From IMG/VR virus record IMGVR_UViG_3300037391_000121: a stretch of DNA of 41,671 nucleotides. One strand, given 5' to 3'. This DNA is from a virus. Its lineage: Duplodnaviria > Heunggongvirae > Uroviricota > Caudoviricetes. Shown here piece after piece: positions 41,481 to 41,671 of this stretch (its first letter is position 1; the number at the start of each line of letters is the position of its first letter). The translations under genes and the position numbers were made by a program. The notes under the pieces are model-generated. The model worked only from the letters and a program-made list of their open reading frames with translations, was not told where the DNA came from and ran no database searches.

Positions 41481-41536
41481 GCAGAGCAGCCGCGCAAGCG
41501 GAAGACTGGCGGGTTCGACTCCCGCCCCCTAAACCA
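41460..41536 (+). ncRNA. tRNA-like RNA with GNRA tetraloop replacing the anticodon loop
   Basis: TAGCTC...GGCAGAGC D arm, CCGC-GCAA-GCGG, T arm GCGGG-TTCGACT-CCCGC, imperfect acceptor, CCA. Confidence 0.6.
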
Positions 41537-41572
41537 ACTTTTAGACCGATAAGAAGGGAGACAACGTGATTT

Positions 41573-41671
41573 ATGGGAATGGCAGACACATTAGTTCTTG
41601 ACCTCTCGAACAGGCCCATCGGGTTTGTGAGTTGGCAGCGTGCCGTCAAGATGTACTGGGAAGACCGTGCT
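41573..41671 (+). CDS. HNH endonuclease N-terminus (truncated by window end)
   Basis: TLVLDLSNRPIGFVSWQRAVKM resembles the VLVLN..Y.P...SW..A N-terminus of HNH proteins. Confidence 0.6.
   Translation, partial: MGMADTLVLDLSNRPIGFVSWQRAVKMYWEDRA

Noticed and set aside
1-41671. CRISPR array, rRNA, transposase or integrase
   Set aside because: No regularly spaced repeats, rRNA-like sequence or DDE/tyrosine/serine recombinase motifs were seen

Overview
Segment of a large dsDNA bacteriophage genome (host not determinable from the sequence): almost all genes are on the + strand, tightly packed and mostly short hypotheticals, with recognisable dUTPase, Thg1-family tRNA guanylyltransferase, DUF5664-type diphosphohydrolase, HD/SpoT-like hydrolase, NAD-dependent DNA ligase, RNA-ligase-like and RlaP-like nucleotidyltransferases, a fatty-acid hydroxylase, HNH nucleases, a membrane/secreted-protein module and two tRNA clusters (about 18 tRNAs plus tRNA-like RNAs). 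Main discovery: both tRNA clusters are preceded by the same cassette, promoter -> short leader peptide -> overlapping antiterminator/intrinsic terminator, and the control codons of each leader match the anticodons of the downstream tRNAs. Leader 1 (MIVISISSLSSSSSSRGDGIGVCL; all six Ser codons plus ATA and TTA) precedes tRNA-Ser GCT/GGA/TGA/CGA and then Leu-TAA and Ile-TAT. Leader 2 carries the run K-R-Q-R-N-N-R-W and precedes Trp, His, Arg, Asn, Gln and Lys tRNAs. This looks like ribosome-mediated transcription attenuation that switches on phage tRNA genes when the matching tRNAs run out. Caveats: structures were folded by eye, product calls are by motif recognition without database searches, and several apparent single-base frameshifts plus a perfect 164-bp duplication suggest assembly errors may be present.
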